Positions 15,210 to 25,717 of a stretch of 43,972 nt of DNA are shown here, one piece after another. How positions within the stretch are numbered: the first letter of the stretch is position 1; each line of letters opens with the position of its first letter. The DNA is from Ruminococcus flavefaciens (GTDB lineage Bacteria; Bacillota; Clostridia; Oscillospirales; Ruminococcaceae): the NCBI GenBank assembly GCA_002348905.1, contig DEBW01000068.1, forward strand, positions 8,395 through 52,366. The letters are read 5' to 3'. The notes beneath the pieces are model-generated. The model searched no databases. It was given only the letters and a program-made list of their open reading frames with translations, and was not told where the DNA came from. The position numbers and the translations under genes were made by a program.

Positions 15210-17180
15210 TCACTTCCTTACTATATCCATTTCAAACGGATCGAGTTCGAGCTTATCTCTGCCTCGTGAGCTTATCATGCTGAACATAGGCTTCGGAAGC
15301 GGTATTGTCTGAGTCTGATTAGTGTTATTGAAGAAGCATACATACTCATCTCTGCCGTTTGTTCGTGTAGTTACCTCTACACCGTCCGGCAGATTTTTCA
15401 GCTTAGGTATACCCGTCTGCATCATAAGATTTGATGCAAAGCTGTTGTAGAAGTCCTGCTCGCATATCGTACCTACGTAGTACGCAACACCATTGCAGTA
15501 GCGGTTCATGGTAACGGCAGGCGTACAGTCAAAGAAGCCGTCGCTGTACTCTGCGTAGGCTCTCGCCGTAGTAAGCTGGAGAAGGTCGCACCATTCCTTG
15601 CATACGAACTCATTTCCGGCAAAATCACGTATAGTAAGCTCATGCTTGCCTATCGGATCGTACTCTGTCACCTCTGCACCGACAAGCTCCTTGAATACTG
15701 TCGGAAGGCTGTCCATGATGCAGTTGTTCAGCTCATTTTTAACACCAGTTCTTGCAGTAAGTACAAGTGTACCGCCGTTTATAACGTAACGGTAAAGATT
15801 CTCGGTAACTGAACGCTTGTTTATATGAAGTGACGGTGCAATTACCAGTTTATAGCCTGATATATCCGTATCTGGTGAAATAACGTCAATGTTTGCGCCG
15901 TAGTGTGTGAACGCCGCATGGAAAGCTTTGAGCTGTTCGAGGTAGTAGAATCCTTCGACCTGCGGCTGTATCTTGAATGCAGCATCCGTCTCCGGAGAAT
16001 AGAGTATGGCGATATCTGAGATTATCTCGGTATCATCAAGTATACTGAGCTGAGATACGCTCTTGCAAAGCTCAGAAAATTCAAGATACCGGCGGTTAGG
16101 CTTGTTGCTGTGGTCGAGTATGCCGTGCCAGTACATCTCTGCGCCGGTAAGTGCAGTACGCCAGCGGAAGTGTACAACTGCGCTTGCACCGTGTACAAGA
16201 GCCTGCATAGAGTATCCCTTTATCTGTCCCGGACGAGGAGTCTGTGACATAGGCATCCAGCTTCCTGTAGGACCGCTGAGCTGTTCCATTACCCAGAAAT
16301 TCTTCTCCTTTATGCCACGCATAAGGTCAAGATGAAATGCGTGGGAGTAAAACTCCTCTGTATCATTCGGGATACTCACAGGCGGATAGTTGTCGTAGGA
16401 GACAAAATCCATAAATTCAAACATCTGATAGAAATCAGGTGTATTCTCGCTGAACCACGTATTTGTAGTTATCGGTACTTTTGTATCTTCAAGCCTTATG
16501 ACAAGCATAAGCTCTTTGAGGAAATTAGCCGTACTGTCTGAGGTGAATCTGTACCATTCGAGGCAAAGCGAAGGATTCTGCCAAGCCTTCGGGTAAGCAG
16601 TCGGAGGCTGTATCTGCTCGAAGCTGCTGTATTCACCGCTCCATACGCTTGTACCGAATGCAGCATTGACGTTCTCGATAGTATCGTACTTTGAAGCGAG
16701 CCAGTCTCTGAACTTAGCCTTGCATACCTCACAGCAGCAAGGATACGCTTCAAGCTCATTGTCTATCTGCCACGCAACTACTGTCGGATTTCCGGAGTAG
16801 CGGCGTATCATCTGTTCTGTTATTCTCTTTGCATAGTACTGGAACATCGGCGCATTTATACAGCGATGCCCTCTTATACCTGTCTGTATCCTTTTTCCGT
16901 CAGCGCCTACCTGTATTATATCAGGATAAGCCTCATAAAGCCAGAGCGGCGGACAGTTTGTCGGGGCACATAGTATAACGCCTATGCTATACTTTGAAAA
17001 AATACTTATAACATCATCAAGCCAGAAAAAATCAAATTCGCTGTCCCGTGGCTCAAGTCTCGACCACGCAAATTCACCTATGCGTACAAGCTTAACACCT
17101 GTACGAGCCATAGCCTCAGCATCTTTTTCCCACATTGATCTGTCCCATTGTTCAGGGTAGTAGTCAACACCAATTCTCAC
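15210..17180 (-). CDS. Beta-galactosidase, glycoside hydrolase family 42
   Basis: GVDYYPEQW, GEFAWSRLEP, WQIDNE (acid/base), VMEQ (nucleophile), FRWR..GAEMYWHG; no signal peptide. Confidence 0.93.
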   Translation of the reverse strand: MRIGVDYYPEQWDRSMWEKDAEAMARTGVKLVRIGEFAWSRLEPRDSEFDFFWLDDVISIFSKYSIGVILCAPTNCPPLWLYEAYPDIIQVGADGKRIQTGIRGHRCINAPMFQYYAKRITEQMIRRYSGNPTVVAWQIDNELEAYPCCCEVCKAKFRDWLASKYDTIENVNAAFGTSVWSGEYSSFEQIQPPTAYPKAWQNPSLCLEWYRFTSDSTANFLKELMLVIRLEDTKVPITTNTWFSENTPDFYQMFEFMDFVSYDNYPPVSIPNDTEEFYSHAFHLDLMRGIKEKNFWVMEQLSGPTGSWMPMSQTPRPGQIKGYSMQALVHGASAVVHFRWRTALTGAEMYWHGILDHSNKPNRRYLEFSELCKSVSQLSILDDTEIISDIAILYSPETDAAFKIQPQVEGFYYLEQLKAFHAAFTHYGANIDVISPDTDISGYKLVIAPSLHINKRSVTENLYRYVINGGTLVLTARTGVKNELNNCIMDSLPTVFKELVGAEVTEYDPIGKHELTIRDFAGNEFVCKEWCDLLQLTTARAYAEYSDGFFDCTPAVTMNRYCNGVAYYVGTICEQDFYNSFASNLMMQTGIPKLKNLPDGVEVTTRTNGRDEYVCFFNNTNQTQTIPLPKPMFSMISSRGRDKLELDPFEMDIVRK

Positions 17181-17193
17181 GATGTTCCTCCTG

Positions 17194-17730
17194 TTAAATT
17201 CTGTATTCTATTATCTGACAATTTTCCATAAACCAGCCTTTAAAGCTTTCGATGGTCATATTATTGAAATAAGTCTCCATAACACGGCATACTCCGCCGT
17301 GGCTTACGACAAGCACGTTCTTATCACTGTATTTTTCTATTATATCATCAATCGCTGAGTATACACGATGAGCAAGCTGCATGAGTGATTCACCTGAACC
17401 GCCCATACGCACTCCGAATTCGTATTTTCCCTCGGCAAAACCTTCGGTATATCTTGATTTTCCTTCGTAACAGCCGTAGTCCCACTCACGAAGTCTTACA
17501 TCTGTTATTATCGAAAGTCCGCATCTTTCAGCAACAACTTTTGCGGTAGTCTGTGCTCTGAGCATAGGAGAAGCTATGATAATATCTATATCTCCCAGCT
17601 TTTCAATATCCTCTGCAAGCTTTTCAGCCTGTAGTATACCTGTTTCGTTGAGCGGAAGGTCAGTTGAACCAAGTACGATATCCTCTTTGTTATAGTCGGT
17701 CTGACCGTGTCTTGTAGAATATATCTTCAT
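17194..17730 (-). CDS. Histidine phosphatase (phosphoglycerate mutase-like) family protein
   Basis: RHGQT, SPMLRAQTTA, LREWDYG, VSHGG. Confidence 0.92.
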   Translation of the reverse strand: MKIYSTRHGQTDYNKEDIVLGSTDLPLNETGILQAEKLAEDIEKLGDIDIIIASPMLRAQTTAKVVAERCGLSIITDVRLREWDYGCYEGKSRYTEGFAEGKYEFGVRMGGSGESLMQLAHRVYSAIDDIIEKYSDKNVLVVSHGGVCRVMETYFNNMTIESFKGWFMENCQIIEYRI

Positions 17731-19388
17731 ATTTCAGCAGCCTTTCTTATTTCTGCGCCGGCATTTTCAAGCATTAGTCTGCTTGGATCGTCTCCGCCCA
17801 TGATACGTGCGATCTCAGATATCCTGCCGTCCATGTCGAGCTGTGTAACGTTAGTCTCTGTGCGGTCGCCGACAACTTTTTTCTCTATCATAAGATGATT
17901 GTCAGCCATAACTGCTATCTGAGAAAGGTGAGTTACACATATCACCTGACGAACCTTTCCTATCTCACGCAGCTTTATGCCTATCTTCTGAGCAGCCTTA
18001 CCGCTTACGCCGGTATCTATCTCGTCGAATATCATAGTAGGTATGCTGTCCTTGTCAGCGATAACGCTTTTAAGTGCGAGCATTATACGTGAAAGTTCAC
18101 CGCCGGAAGCTATCTTGGATATCGGCTTGGGTTCTTCGCCCTTGTTTGCCGATATCATGAACTCTACGCTGTCCATACCATTTACTGTCAGTTTGCCTTT
18201 TTCATGGCGGACAGCTATTATAACTCCCGACATATTGAGAAATTCAAGCTCATCTGTAACACTTTTCGCAAAGCGCTGAGCGACCTCCTCACGGTAGTCA
18301 TAGAGAGCTTTCGCCTGCTCAGTGACTTTGTGCAGAAGCTCGTCACGCTTTTCAGCAAGCTCCTTTATCTCGTCAGAGCAGCTGTCAAGCTGAGACATCT
18401 CCATGCAGGCGCTGTCATAGAGCTTCACAAGTCCTTCGCAGTCCTCGGCGTATTTGCGTTTCAGCCTGTTTATAGCACTCAGTCTCTCGCTGAGATAACC
18501 AAGTCTCTGACCGTCAAGCTCTATCGTATCAGCAGCTTTTTCAAGTTCAGAAGCAATGTCAGAAAGCTCTATCTCAACGGCAGAAAGGCGCTCGTAAAGC
18601 TCGGCAAGAGCCGTGTTGTTATCGGTAAATGCAGCTATCTCGTTTTCAGCAGAAGCTATCATATCATTTGCGGCATCTTCTCCGATTATTGCGTTTACGG
18701 CACTTCCTACGGCGATGACTGTCTTTTCAGAATCCTTTGCAGCGGCGTACTCTTTTTCGAGAGTATCGTCCTCGCCGGCAGACAGTTCAAGTTCTCCGAT
18801 ATCGTCTATGACTTCATTGAGATACCGGCTTCGCTCCTGTCTTGACTGTTCAAGCTTTTTAAGTTCACCGAGCCGTCTTGCTGTACTCTGCAATTCACGG
18901 AAAGTAACTCTGTAAGCCTCTAAAAGTGTATCATCTCCGCCGAAATCATCGAGTATCTGCAAATGCTTTTCACTGTCAAGAAGTATCTGATTGTCGTGCT
19001 GACCGTGTATATTTATAAGCATCGAGCCTATCTCTTTCAGCAGAGATGCAGAAGCTGTACGGCTGTTGATGCGTGATACACTTCCGCCGTCAGCGCTTAT
19101 CTCACGGGTAACAGTTATCTCATGTCCCTCGTGCTCTATGCCGAGTTCATCGAGTTTAGCCTCATGCTCAGGCGAAAGGTCGGTGAAAAGAGCAGTAATT
19201 ACCGCCTTATCACAGCCTGTACGTACTATGTCCTTGCTGCTTCGCTGACCGAGCACAGCGTTGATACCGTTTATGAGTATCGACTTTCCTGCTCCGGTCT
19301 CGCCGGTGAATATATTCAGCCGGTCAGTAAGAGGTATAACAGCTTCTTTTATGACCGCAAGATTCTTTATATATATCTCCTTCAACAT
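17727..19388 (-). CDS. recN: DNA repair protein RecN
   Basis: TGETGAGKS Walker A, IHGQHD, ASGGELSR, FDEIDTGVSG, VTHLSQIA. Confidence 0.97.
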   Translation of the reverse strand: MLKEIYIKNLAVIKEAVIPLTDRLNIFTGETGAGKSILINGINAVLGQRSSKDIVRTGCDKAVITALFTDLSPEHEAKLDELGIEHEGHEITVTREISADGGSVSRINSRTASASLLKEIGSMLINIHGQHDNQILLDSEKHLQILDDFGGDDTLLEAYRVTFRELQSTARRLGELKKLEQSRQERSRYLNEVIDDIGELELSAGEDDTLEKEYAAAKDSEKTVIAVGSAVNAIIGEDAANDMIASAENEIAAFTDNNTALAELYERLSAVEIELSDIASELEKAADTIELDGQRLGYLSERLSAINRLKRKYAEDCEGLVKLYDSACMEMSQLDSCSDEIKELAEKRDELLHKVTEQAKALYDYREEVAQRFAKSVTDELEFLNMSGVIIAVRHEKGKLTVNGMDSVEFMISANKGEEPKPISKIASGGELSRIMLALKSVIADKDSIPTMIFDEIDTGVSGKAAQKIGIKLREIGKVRQVICVTHLSQIAVMADNHLMIEKKVVGDRTETNVTQLDMDGRISEIARIMGGDDPSRLMLENAGAEIRKAAEI

Positions 19389-19400
19389 CAGTCCGTTACA

Positions 19401-19844
19401 CTACCTTCCGGGAAAAACCTCGCTTTTGAATTTCTTCGATAGCTTCTTTGCATCAGCTTCGGTTCTTACAAGTATGAATATAGTATCATCTCCGGCGATA
19501 GTACCAACGATACCCTCATGATTAACAGAGTCTATCGCTGCACAAGTGCCCTGAGCCATTCCGGCACGACATTTCAGCACAATGGTATTCATTGCGTAGT
19601 CAACGGATATCACGGATTCAGCAAAAATGCTCTTCTCCGCAACTGCTGCCGCTGGAAGAGTGTATCTGTATACGCCGTTTTCGTCACGCTGCTTGACAAG
19701 TGAGAGCTGCTGTATATCTCTTGAAAGAGTTGCCTGAGTTGTTTTTATCCCTTTTTCAGCAAGCAGCTCTATGAGCATTTCCTGAGTAGCAACAGGACGC
19801 TCGCTGATAAGTTCGAGTATAACTTCATGTCTGCGATTTTTCAT
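19401..19844 (-). CDS. argR: Arginine repressor
   Basis: TQATLSRDI and GTIAGDDTI; start set at ATG 19844 (GGAG RBS). Confidence 0.95.
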   Translation of the reverse strand: MKNRRHEVILELISERPVATQEMLIELLAEKGIKTTQATLSRDIQQLSLVKQRDENGVYRYTLPAAAVAEKSIFAESVISVDYAMNTIVLKCRAGMAQGTCAAIDSVNHEGIVGTIAGDDTIFILVRTEADAKKLSKKFKSEVFPGR

Positions 19845-19858
19845 ATTTTTCTCCATAA

Positions 19859-20713
19859 TTACTTTATTGGACGGCAAAGTTTCCTGCAAAGAGATTCATG
19901 GAATGAATTGCCGATAAGATTCACAAATTTTAGGTTGTTCTGACCACGTTTTATCTCGATAGATTCGCCGCCGGAAAGACTTTTTATCACTTCGCCGTCA
20001 ACGCTTATGACCATTTCCTCGCCGGCTGTATTGGCATTTGAAAGTCCAAGCTTACGGGAAGGCGCAAAAATAGTAGCTCTTGAAAAGAGACTGTGCGGAC
20101 ATATCAGCGTCATTTCGATACATTCAAGGTCAGGCTCAATTACTGGTCCGCCTGCTGAAAGCGCATACGCCGTTGAACCGGAAGGAGTGCTGAAAAGAAC
20201 TCCGTCAGCACGGTATTTCCCCACAAGGTAGCCGTCCGAGAATACCTCAAAATCACTTATCCTGAAACTTCCTGAACGAGCTGAAATCTCATTGAGAGCC
20301 GTATAAACTATATCGCCGTTTTCGCCGTGAACTATCATATCAATGGTCATTCTCTCGGATATCTCATAGTCTCCTGTCACAAGGAGCTTCAGCTTATCGA
20401 GCTGGTCAGCTTCAAGTCCTGCCATGAATCCGAGAGTTCCGGTATTTATTCCCAGCAGCTTTGTGTCGATGCCCATAAGATGCTTCGCACAGCGGAGTAT
20501 AGTACCGTCACCGCCGATGGCAAGGACGATATCCGCAGTCTTAGCCGATTCAGATATAGGTTCAAATTTAACACAGGTCTTATCTTCAAAGTCGTTTCTG
20601 AATTTTGGACTTACGCTCACCTCGATGCCTGCTTCTCTGAGAATATCGCAGGCTTCACGGGCACAGCTGAGTGCATTTTTCTTTTGAAAATTAGGATACA
20701 AAGCCGCTTTCAT
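19859..20713 (-). CDS. nadK: NAD(+) kinase
   Basis: GGDGT, GINTGTLGF, LNE, STPSGSTAYALSAGGP. Confidence 0.96.
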   Translation of the reverse strand: MKAALYPNFQKKNALSCAREACDILREAGIEVSVSPKFRNDFEDKTCVKFEPISESAKTADIVLAIGGDGTILRCAKHLMGIDTKLLGINTGTLGFMAGLEADQLDKLKLLVTGDYEISERMTIDMIVHGENGDIVYTALNEISARSGSFRISDFEVFSDGYLVGKYRADGVLFSTPSGSTAYALSAGGPVIEPDLECIEMTLICPHSLFSRATIFAPSRKLGLSNANTAGEEMVISVDGEVIKSLSGGESIEIKRGQNNLKFVNLIGNSFHESLCRKLCRPIK

Positions 20714-20722
20714 CTTATCCTC

Positions 20723-21508
20723 CTAAAGGCAGGAGAAAGCTTCTCCCACCAATTTTCTGAAATCGTGCGGCGGCGGACTTTCCGCAGTTTTTTTAAACTC
20801 CGCCAGATACTCTATGTTACCACTTCCGCCCTTTACGGGAGAAAAGGTATAATCCACAGGAACAAGTCCGCAAAGACGGGCGAAAACGTCTGTCTCTGCG
20901 AGTACACGCTCATGTGCCTTTCTGTCTTTAACTATGCCTCTTTTGCCGATATCACTTTTACCGGCTTCAAACTGAGGTTTTATCAGTACCGCTGCACAGC
21001 CGCTGTCATTGAGAAGCTCGCACAGCTTCGGCAGTATCTTAGTAAGGGATATAAACGACACATCAACACTTATAAAGTCTGCCTGACCGCCGATATCCTC
21101 AGCAGTTACATTGCGGATATCGGTATTTTCCATATTAACTACCCTGCTGTCAGTGCGGAGCTTTTCAGCAAGCTGACCGTGACCTACATCAACGGCAAAT
21201 ACCCTTTCAGCTCCGTGTTCAAGCATGAACTGAGTGAATCCGCCTGTTGAAGCTCCGATATCAAGACATATCTTGCCATTCAGGTCAAGACCGAAGGTAT
21301 CATAAGCCTTTTCAAGTTTCAAAGCTCCTCTGCCGACATATAACTCCTGTTCGGATGATTCTATCCTGTCCTCCGGAAGCACTTCATCAGAGGCTTTTTT
21401 TGCCGGTTTTCCGTTTACAGTAACAGCTCCGGACTTTATCATTTCCTTTGCACGTTCTCTGCTTCTTGCGATACCTCTCGCAACAAGCTCAGCATCAAGC
21501 CTCGCCAT
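20723..21508 (-). CDS. tlyA: TlyA-family rRNA 2'-O-methyltransferase
   Basis: S4 domain RLDAEL..SRERA, DIGASTGGFT, DVSFISL, KPQFEAG, GNIEY; start at ATG 21508. Confidence 0.95.
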   Translation of the reverse strand: MARLDAELVARGIARSRERAKEMIKSGAVTVNGKPAKKASDEVLPEDRIESSEQELYVGRGALKLEKAYDTFGLDLNGKICLDIGASTGGFTQFMLEHGAERVFAVDVGHGQLAEKLRTDSRVVNMENTDIRNVTAEDIGGQADFISVDVSFISLTKILPKLCELLNDSGCAAVLIKPQFEAGKSDIGKRGIVKDRKAHERVLAETDVFARLCGLVPVDYTFSPVKGGSGNIEYLAEFKKTAESPPPHDFRKLVGEAFSCL

Positions 21509-23390
21509 TTTTACTGCTCCTGCTGCAGATATATTCAACCATTTTATCATATGTCAGACCAAGTTTGCTGAGAGCTGAACGTGCAGAAGCCTGCTTGACA
21601 AATCCCTCAACAGCGACTCTGCTGTAATCGCCCTTGTATCCTTCCTCCATGAGCATATCTCCGAACAGAGAAGAAATGCCGCCGTTTTTCTCGGCTTCTT
21701 CAAAGAATACAATGCGCTTGTAGTCTGCTATTTCCTTAACAAGTTCACGAGCTACAGGGAATATCTTTGTAAGCTTGAGGATATCGCAATTTATACCCTT
21801 TGCTTTCAGCTTATCCTTAGCCTTGTAAGCCTCATTGTAAAGCCTGCCGTAGGTTATGATAAGAGTGTCGCTTTCCTCACTTCTCATGAAGATATGTTCT
21901 GTGCTGACGTAGTTTCTGTTGAAGTTCACACTTTCAGCACCACGGGGATATCTCACAGCAACAAGACCTTTGTTTGCGTATATCGCCTTTCTGAGACAAA
22001 GACGAAGCTCCTCATAGCATGAAGGGGAATATATGACTGTATTTGGTATAGTCGTGAGCATAGGAACATCGAAAAGTCCCTGATGAGTTTCACCGTCCTC
22101 GCCTACTATGCCTGCACGGTCGATACCGAGTACAACGTGGAGCTTGCCTATAGCGATATCGTGTACGAGCTGGTCATAGGAACGCTGTAAAAACGTGGAG
22201 TATACAGCGAATACCGGTATCTGTCCCATTGAGGCAAGTCCGCCTGCAAAGGTAACAGCGTGTTGTTCGGCGATTCCGACATCATAGAAGCGTTCAGGGA
22301 ATCTCTTGCCGAAGAATTGCAGACCTGTACCGTACTTCATAGCAGCAGTTATAGCACATATCCTGTCATCCTGCTCAGCAAGCGATACAAGCTCCTTACC
22401 GAAAACGGTCGAGTAGCTGTCGCCGGCAGATACTTCCGGATTGCCGGTAACTATGTCAAATTTTGAGATGCCGTGATACTCTCCCGGATTCTTTTCAGCC
22501 GGAAGATAGCCTTTTCCCTTAGTAGTTTTAACATGGATGAAAACAGGCATATGGTAGGATTTTGCCATATGCATGACCTGTTCAAGCTCACTGAGACTGT
22601 GACCGTTTACAGGTCCGAGGTATATGAAGCCCATATCCTCGAACATAGTTCTTTCAAGGATAGTAGACTTTATCGCATCCTTGGCGTACTTCATGCCCTT
22701 AGCCATTTTATTGCCGACTACCGGCACTTTTGAAAGATTCTTTTCAACAAGACGCTTGGTATCGAGGTATTTCTCGGTATTTCTCAGAGTTGTGAGGTAC
22801 CGACCGAGTGCGCCGACGCTTTTTGAGATAGACATATTGTTATCATTAAGGATAACAATAAGATTGCTGTTCTGTTTGTAACAGCAGTTGTTCATAGCCT
22901 CGTAGAACATACCTCCGGTCATAGCTCCGTCGCCTATAACAGCAACGGTATAATTATCTCTGCCCTGGAGCTTCATAGCCTCGGCGATGCCGCAGGCTAC
23001 TGATACAGATGTACTGCTGTGACCGGAAATAAATGAGTCATGCACCGACTCCTCCGGCTTCGGGAATCCGGAAATACCATTCTCCTGACGGAGAGAGGAT
23101 AATTTATCAGCTCGTCCGGTAAGTATCTTATGGACGTAAGCCTGATGTCCCACATCCCATACTATCTTGTCGTCAGGCGAGTTGAAATTACGGTGTATAG
23201 ACATTGTAAGCTCAACTACGCCAAGGTTTGAAGCAAGGTGACCTCCTGTCTTGGAAACAGTGGAGATAAGAAGAGTTCTTATCTCACTGCAAAGGTATTT
23301 GCACTGCTGCAAAGACAGGTCTTTAAGACCTGCCGGCAGCTCAAGATCAGCAAGGCTCACCCTGCTGGTGTCATTTATAACTTCATTCAT
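21495..23390 (-). CDS. dxs: 1-deoxy-D-xylulose-5-phosphate synthase
   Basis: GGHLASNLG, DVGHQAY, GDGAMTGG, NDNNMSI, DVGIAEQHAV, DRAG..GEDGETHQG. Confidence 0.97.
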   Translation of the reverse strand: MNEVINDTSRVSLADLELPAGLKDLSLQQCKYLCSEIRTLLISTVSKTGGHLASNLGVVELTMSIHRNFNSPDDKIVWDVGHQAYVHKILTGRADKLSSLRQENGISGFPKPEESVHDSFISGHSSTSVSVACGIAEAMKLQGRDNYTVAVIGDGAMTGGMFYEAMNNCCYKQNSNLIVILNDNNMSISKSVGALGRYLTTLRNTEKYLDTKRLVEKNLSKVPVVGNKMAKGMKYAKDAIKSTILERTMFEDMGFIYLGPVNGHSLSELEQVMHMAKSYHMPVFIHVKTTKGKGYLPAEKNPGEYHGISKFDIVTGNPEVSAGDSYSTVFGKELVSLAEQDDRICAITAAMKYGTGLQFFGKRFPERFYDVGIAEQHAVTFAGGLASMGQIPVFAVYSTFLQRSYDQLVHDIAIGKLHVVLGIDRAGIVGEDGETHQGLFDVPMLTTIPNTVIYSPSCYEELRLCLRKAIYANKGLVAVRYPRGAESVNFNRNYVSTEHIFMRSEESDTLIITYGRLYNEAYKAKDKLKAKGINCDILKLTKIFPVARELVKEIADYKRIVFFEEAEKNGGISSLFGDMLMEEGYKGDYSRVAVEGFVKQASARSALSKLGLTYDKMVEYICSRSSKNGEA

Positions 23391-23423
23391 TTTAATCAGG
23401 CGGAATGTTCCGCTGCTCCTTTG

Positions 23424-24314
23424 TTAGTTTTTACGTCTTAAAAGAGTTTCAGTAAGCTCTTTAAGGAAAGCGTTGTCCTCGAAAGCATCAAGCCATTCAA
23501 GCGCCTCAGAAGTTGCCTTATCAGCTATTTTCTGAGCTTTTTCGATACCCAGAAGTGAAACGAGAGTTCTCTTGTTCTCTCTCTCGTCGCTGCCGACAGG
23601 CTTTCCGAGTTCTTCCTGAGTGCTTGTAATGTCAAGGATATCGTCGATTATCTGGAAAGCAAGACCGATCCTCAGACCGTACTCAGCAGCAGCCTGCATA
23701 TGTATGCTTCCGCCTTCGCCGCAGATAGTACCCATAACACATGATACAGCGATAAGCTGACCTGTCTTACAGCGGTACATATTTCTGAGTTCTTCCTCTG
23801 TAACGTCATCACGCTCTTCGTTTTCCATATCTATTACCTGACCGCCGATCATGCCGTCTCTGCCGACAGAGTTGGCGAGTACAGATATTATCAGCACTTT
23901 CTGGTCAGATGAAAGCTCCTGAGAATCAGCGATTATCTCGAAAGGCAGCACTGAAAGAGCATCGCCGGCGAGTATAGCTAAAGCCTCGTTGAACTGCTTG
24001 TGACATGAAGGCTTTCCTCTGCGGAAATCATCGTTATCCATTGCAGGAAGGTCATCGTGGATAAGGGAGAATGTGTGTATCATCTCGATAGCAGCAGCCG
24101 GTGCAACTGCGTTCTTGATATTTCCTCCGAGAGCCTCACAGAAAGCGAAAACAAGAGCTGGTCTTATACGTTTTCCGCCGGCTTCAAGGGAATAGTTCAT
24201 TGCGTCGATAAGGTTTTTCTGCGGTTCGTTGACTTCGGTATGGCTGTTGTAGTTTTTAAGGTTCTCTTCCACAAGAGCCTTATACTGAGCCATTTTCTCG
24301 TTAAAATTACTCAT
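23424..24314 (-). CDS. ispA: Geranyltranstransferase / FPP synthase
   Basis: GGKRIRP, HDDLPAMDNDDFRRGKP, FQIIDDILD; start set at ATG 24314. Confidence 0.93.
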   Translation of the reverse strand: MSNFNEKMAQYKALVEENLKNYNSHTEVNEPQKNLIDAMNYSLEAGGKRIRPALVFAFCEALGGNIKNAVAPAAAIEMIHTFSLIHDDLPAMDNDDFRRGKPSCHKQFNEALAILAGDALSVLPFEIIADSQELSSDQKVLIISVLANSVGRDGMIGGQVIDMENEERDDVTEEELRNMYRCKTGQLIAVSCVMGTICGEGGSIHMQAAAEYGLRIGLAFQIIDDILDITSTQEELGKPVGSDERENKRTLVSLLGIEKAQKIADKATSEALEWLDAFEDNAFLKELTETLLRRKN

Positions 24315-24318
24315 AATA

Positions 24319-24519
24319 CTATTTCGACGCTGCAGTACCGTCATCCTCCGTTATTTTTATTTTTGCTTCGTCCAGCTGTTTTCTGCAGACAGCCGAGAGC
24401 TTAACGCCCTCGCCGTACAGCCCGACTGCTTTTTCAAGCGGTATATCGCCTTTTTCAAGCTCTGCAACGATGCTGCTGAGCTTTTTCATATTATCTTCAA
24501 AGGTCGTTTTTTCTTCCAT
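24319..24519 (-). CDS. xseB: Exodeoxyribonuclease VII small subunit
   Basis: TFEDNMKKLSSIVAELEKGDIPLE..Y.EG..L...C; lies between xseA and ispA; start at ATG 24519. Confidence 0.92.
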   Translation of the reverse strand: MEEKTTFEDNMKKLSSIVAELEKGDIPLEKAVGLYGEGVKLSAVCRKQLDEAKIKITEDDGTAASK

Positions 24520-24523
24520 AAAC

Positions 24524-25717
24524 TCACCATTTTTTAACAATTTTTGCTTCTGCTCCGCCATTATCGAACCTGAGAGAAACAGTATCGCCCTCATTTATGC
24601 TGTCCGAACTGCGAACCAGTTCATCTCCGCTGTAAACAAGGGAATAGCCTCTTGACATTACTTTGAGCGGACTAAGACTGTCGAGACGTGCTATCCTCTC
24701 AGAAAGCTCAGCCGAGCGCTTTTCAGTATATCTCTCAAAGGCTGAATCAAGGCGTTTTCCGGCATTTTCAACTTTCTCCGACATAAGTTTAAGCTTATTT
24801 TCCGGAGACTGTGCTGCAAGGCGTGAGCTGAGAACGCCATACCTGTCGGAAGCTCGTTCAAATGCTGTATTCACAGCTTTTTCAGCTCTGTTCATGTACT
24901 GACTGATGTTATTTTTTATCGTGCCGATATCGGGCGCAACAAGCTCTGCTGCTGCTGACGGGGTAGGTGCTCTCATATCCGCAGCGAGGTCGGTTATGGT
25001 AAAGTCCACCTCATGACCAACTGCCGATATAACAGGCACTTTGCAGCCGTAGACTGCTCTTGCCACCTGTTCGGTGTTGAAAGCGCTGAGGTCTTCGGCA
25101 GAGCCTCCGCCTCGTCCGACTATTATAACATCACAGCCTGCATTTTCAGCACGGAGTATACCTCTGCATATCGACTCCGGCGCACCTTCGCCCTGTACAA
25201 GAGCATTCACAGCGTAAAGCTCGCATAAAGGATAACGCCGTGTCAGCACATTGATGATATCACGCACAGCCGCTCCGCTGAGGGACGTTACAGCACCTAT
25301 TTTCTTAGGCATATAAGGCAGCGGACGCTTATGCTCCTGCGAGAATATCCCATCTTTTTCAAGCTTCTTTTTAAGCTGTTCAAGAGCAATACTCGCCTTT
25401 CCTGCACCTTCCGGTATGATATCGTTTGCGTAGAGCTGATATACTCCGTCACGCTCATAAACGCTTATACTTCCCGATACCACAACGGACATACCGTCCT
25501 CAGGAGCAAATTTAAGTCTTGACGCAGCCGATGCGAACATGACTGCTTTAAGCGAACTTTCAGCATCTTTCAGCGAAAAATAGCAGTGTCCGCTTTTGAA
25601 GTGTCTGGTAAAATTCGATATCTCGCCCTTGACCATTATGCCCTGAAGTATCCTGTCCCCTTTCAGCTTTGAGCCGATATACTTGTTTACCTGTGTAACT
25701 GTTACTATAGGCATCAC
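24524..25717 (-). CDS. xseA: Exodeoxyribonuclease VII large subunit
   Basis: GEISNF, SGHCYFSLKD, RGGGSAEDL, SAVGHEVD, RAPTPSAAAE. Confidence 0.97.
   Translation of the reverse strand: MMPIVTVTQVNKYIGSKLKGDRILQGIMVKGEISNFTRHFKSGHCYFSLKDAESSLKAVMFASAASRLKFAPEDGMSVVVSGSISVYERDGVYQLYANDIIPEGAGKASIALEQLKKKLEKDGIFSQEHKRPLPYMPKKIGAVTSLSGAAVRDIINVLTRRYPLCELYAVNALVQGEGAPESICRGILRAENAGCDVIIVGRGGGSAEDLSAFNTEQVARAVYGCKVPVISAVGHEVDFTITDLAADMRAPTPSAAAELVAPDIGTIKNNISQYMNRAEKAVNTAFERASDRYGVLSSRLAAQSPENKLKLMSEKVENAGKRLDSAFERYTEKRSAELSERIARLDSLSPLKVMSRGYSLVYSGDELVRSSDSINEGDTVSLRFDNGGAEAKIVKKW

Noticed and set aside
20327-21250. Long plus-strand ORFs antisense to core genes (e.g. 307 aa here; also 9282-9965 and 18204-18845)
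   Set aside because: Shadow ORFs opposite well-conserved genes, with no recognisable motifs or RBS.
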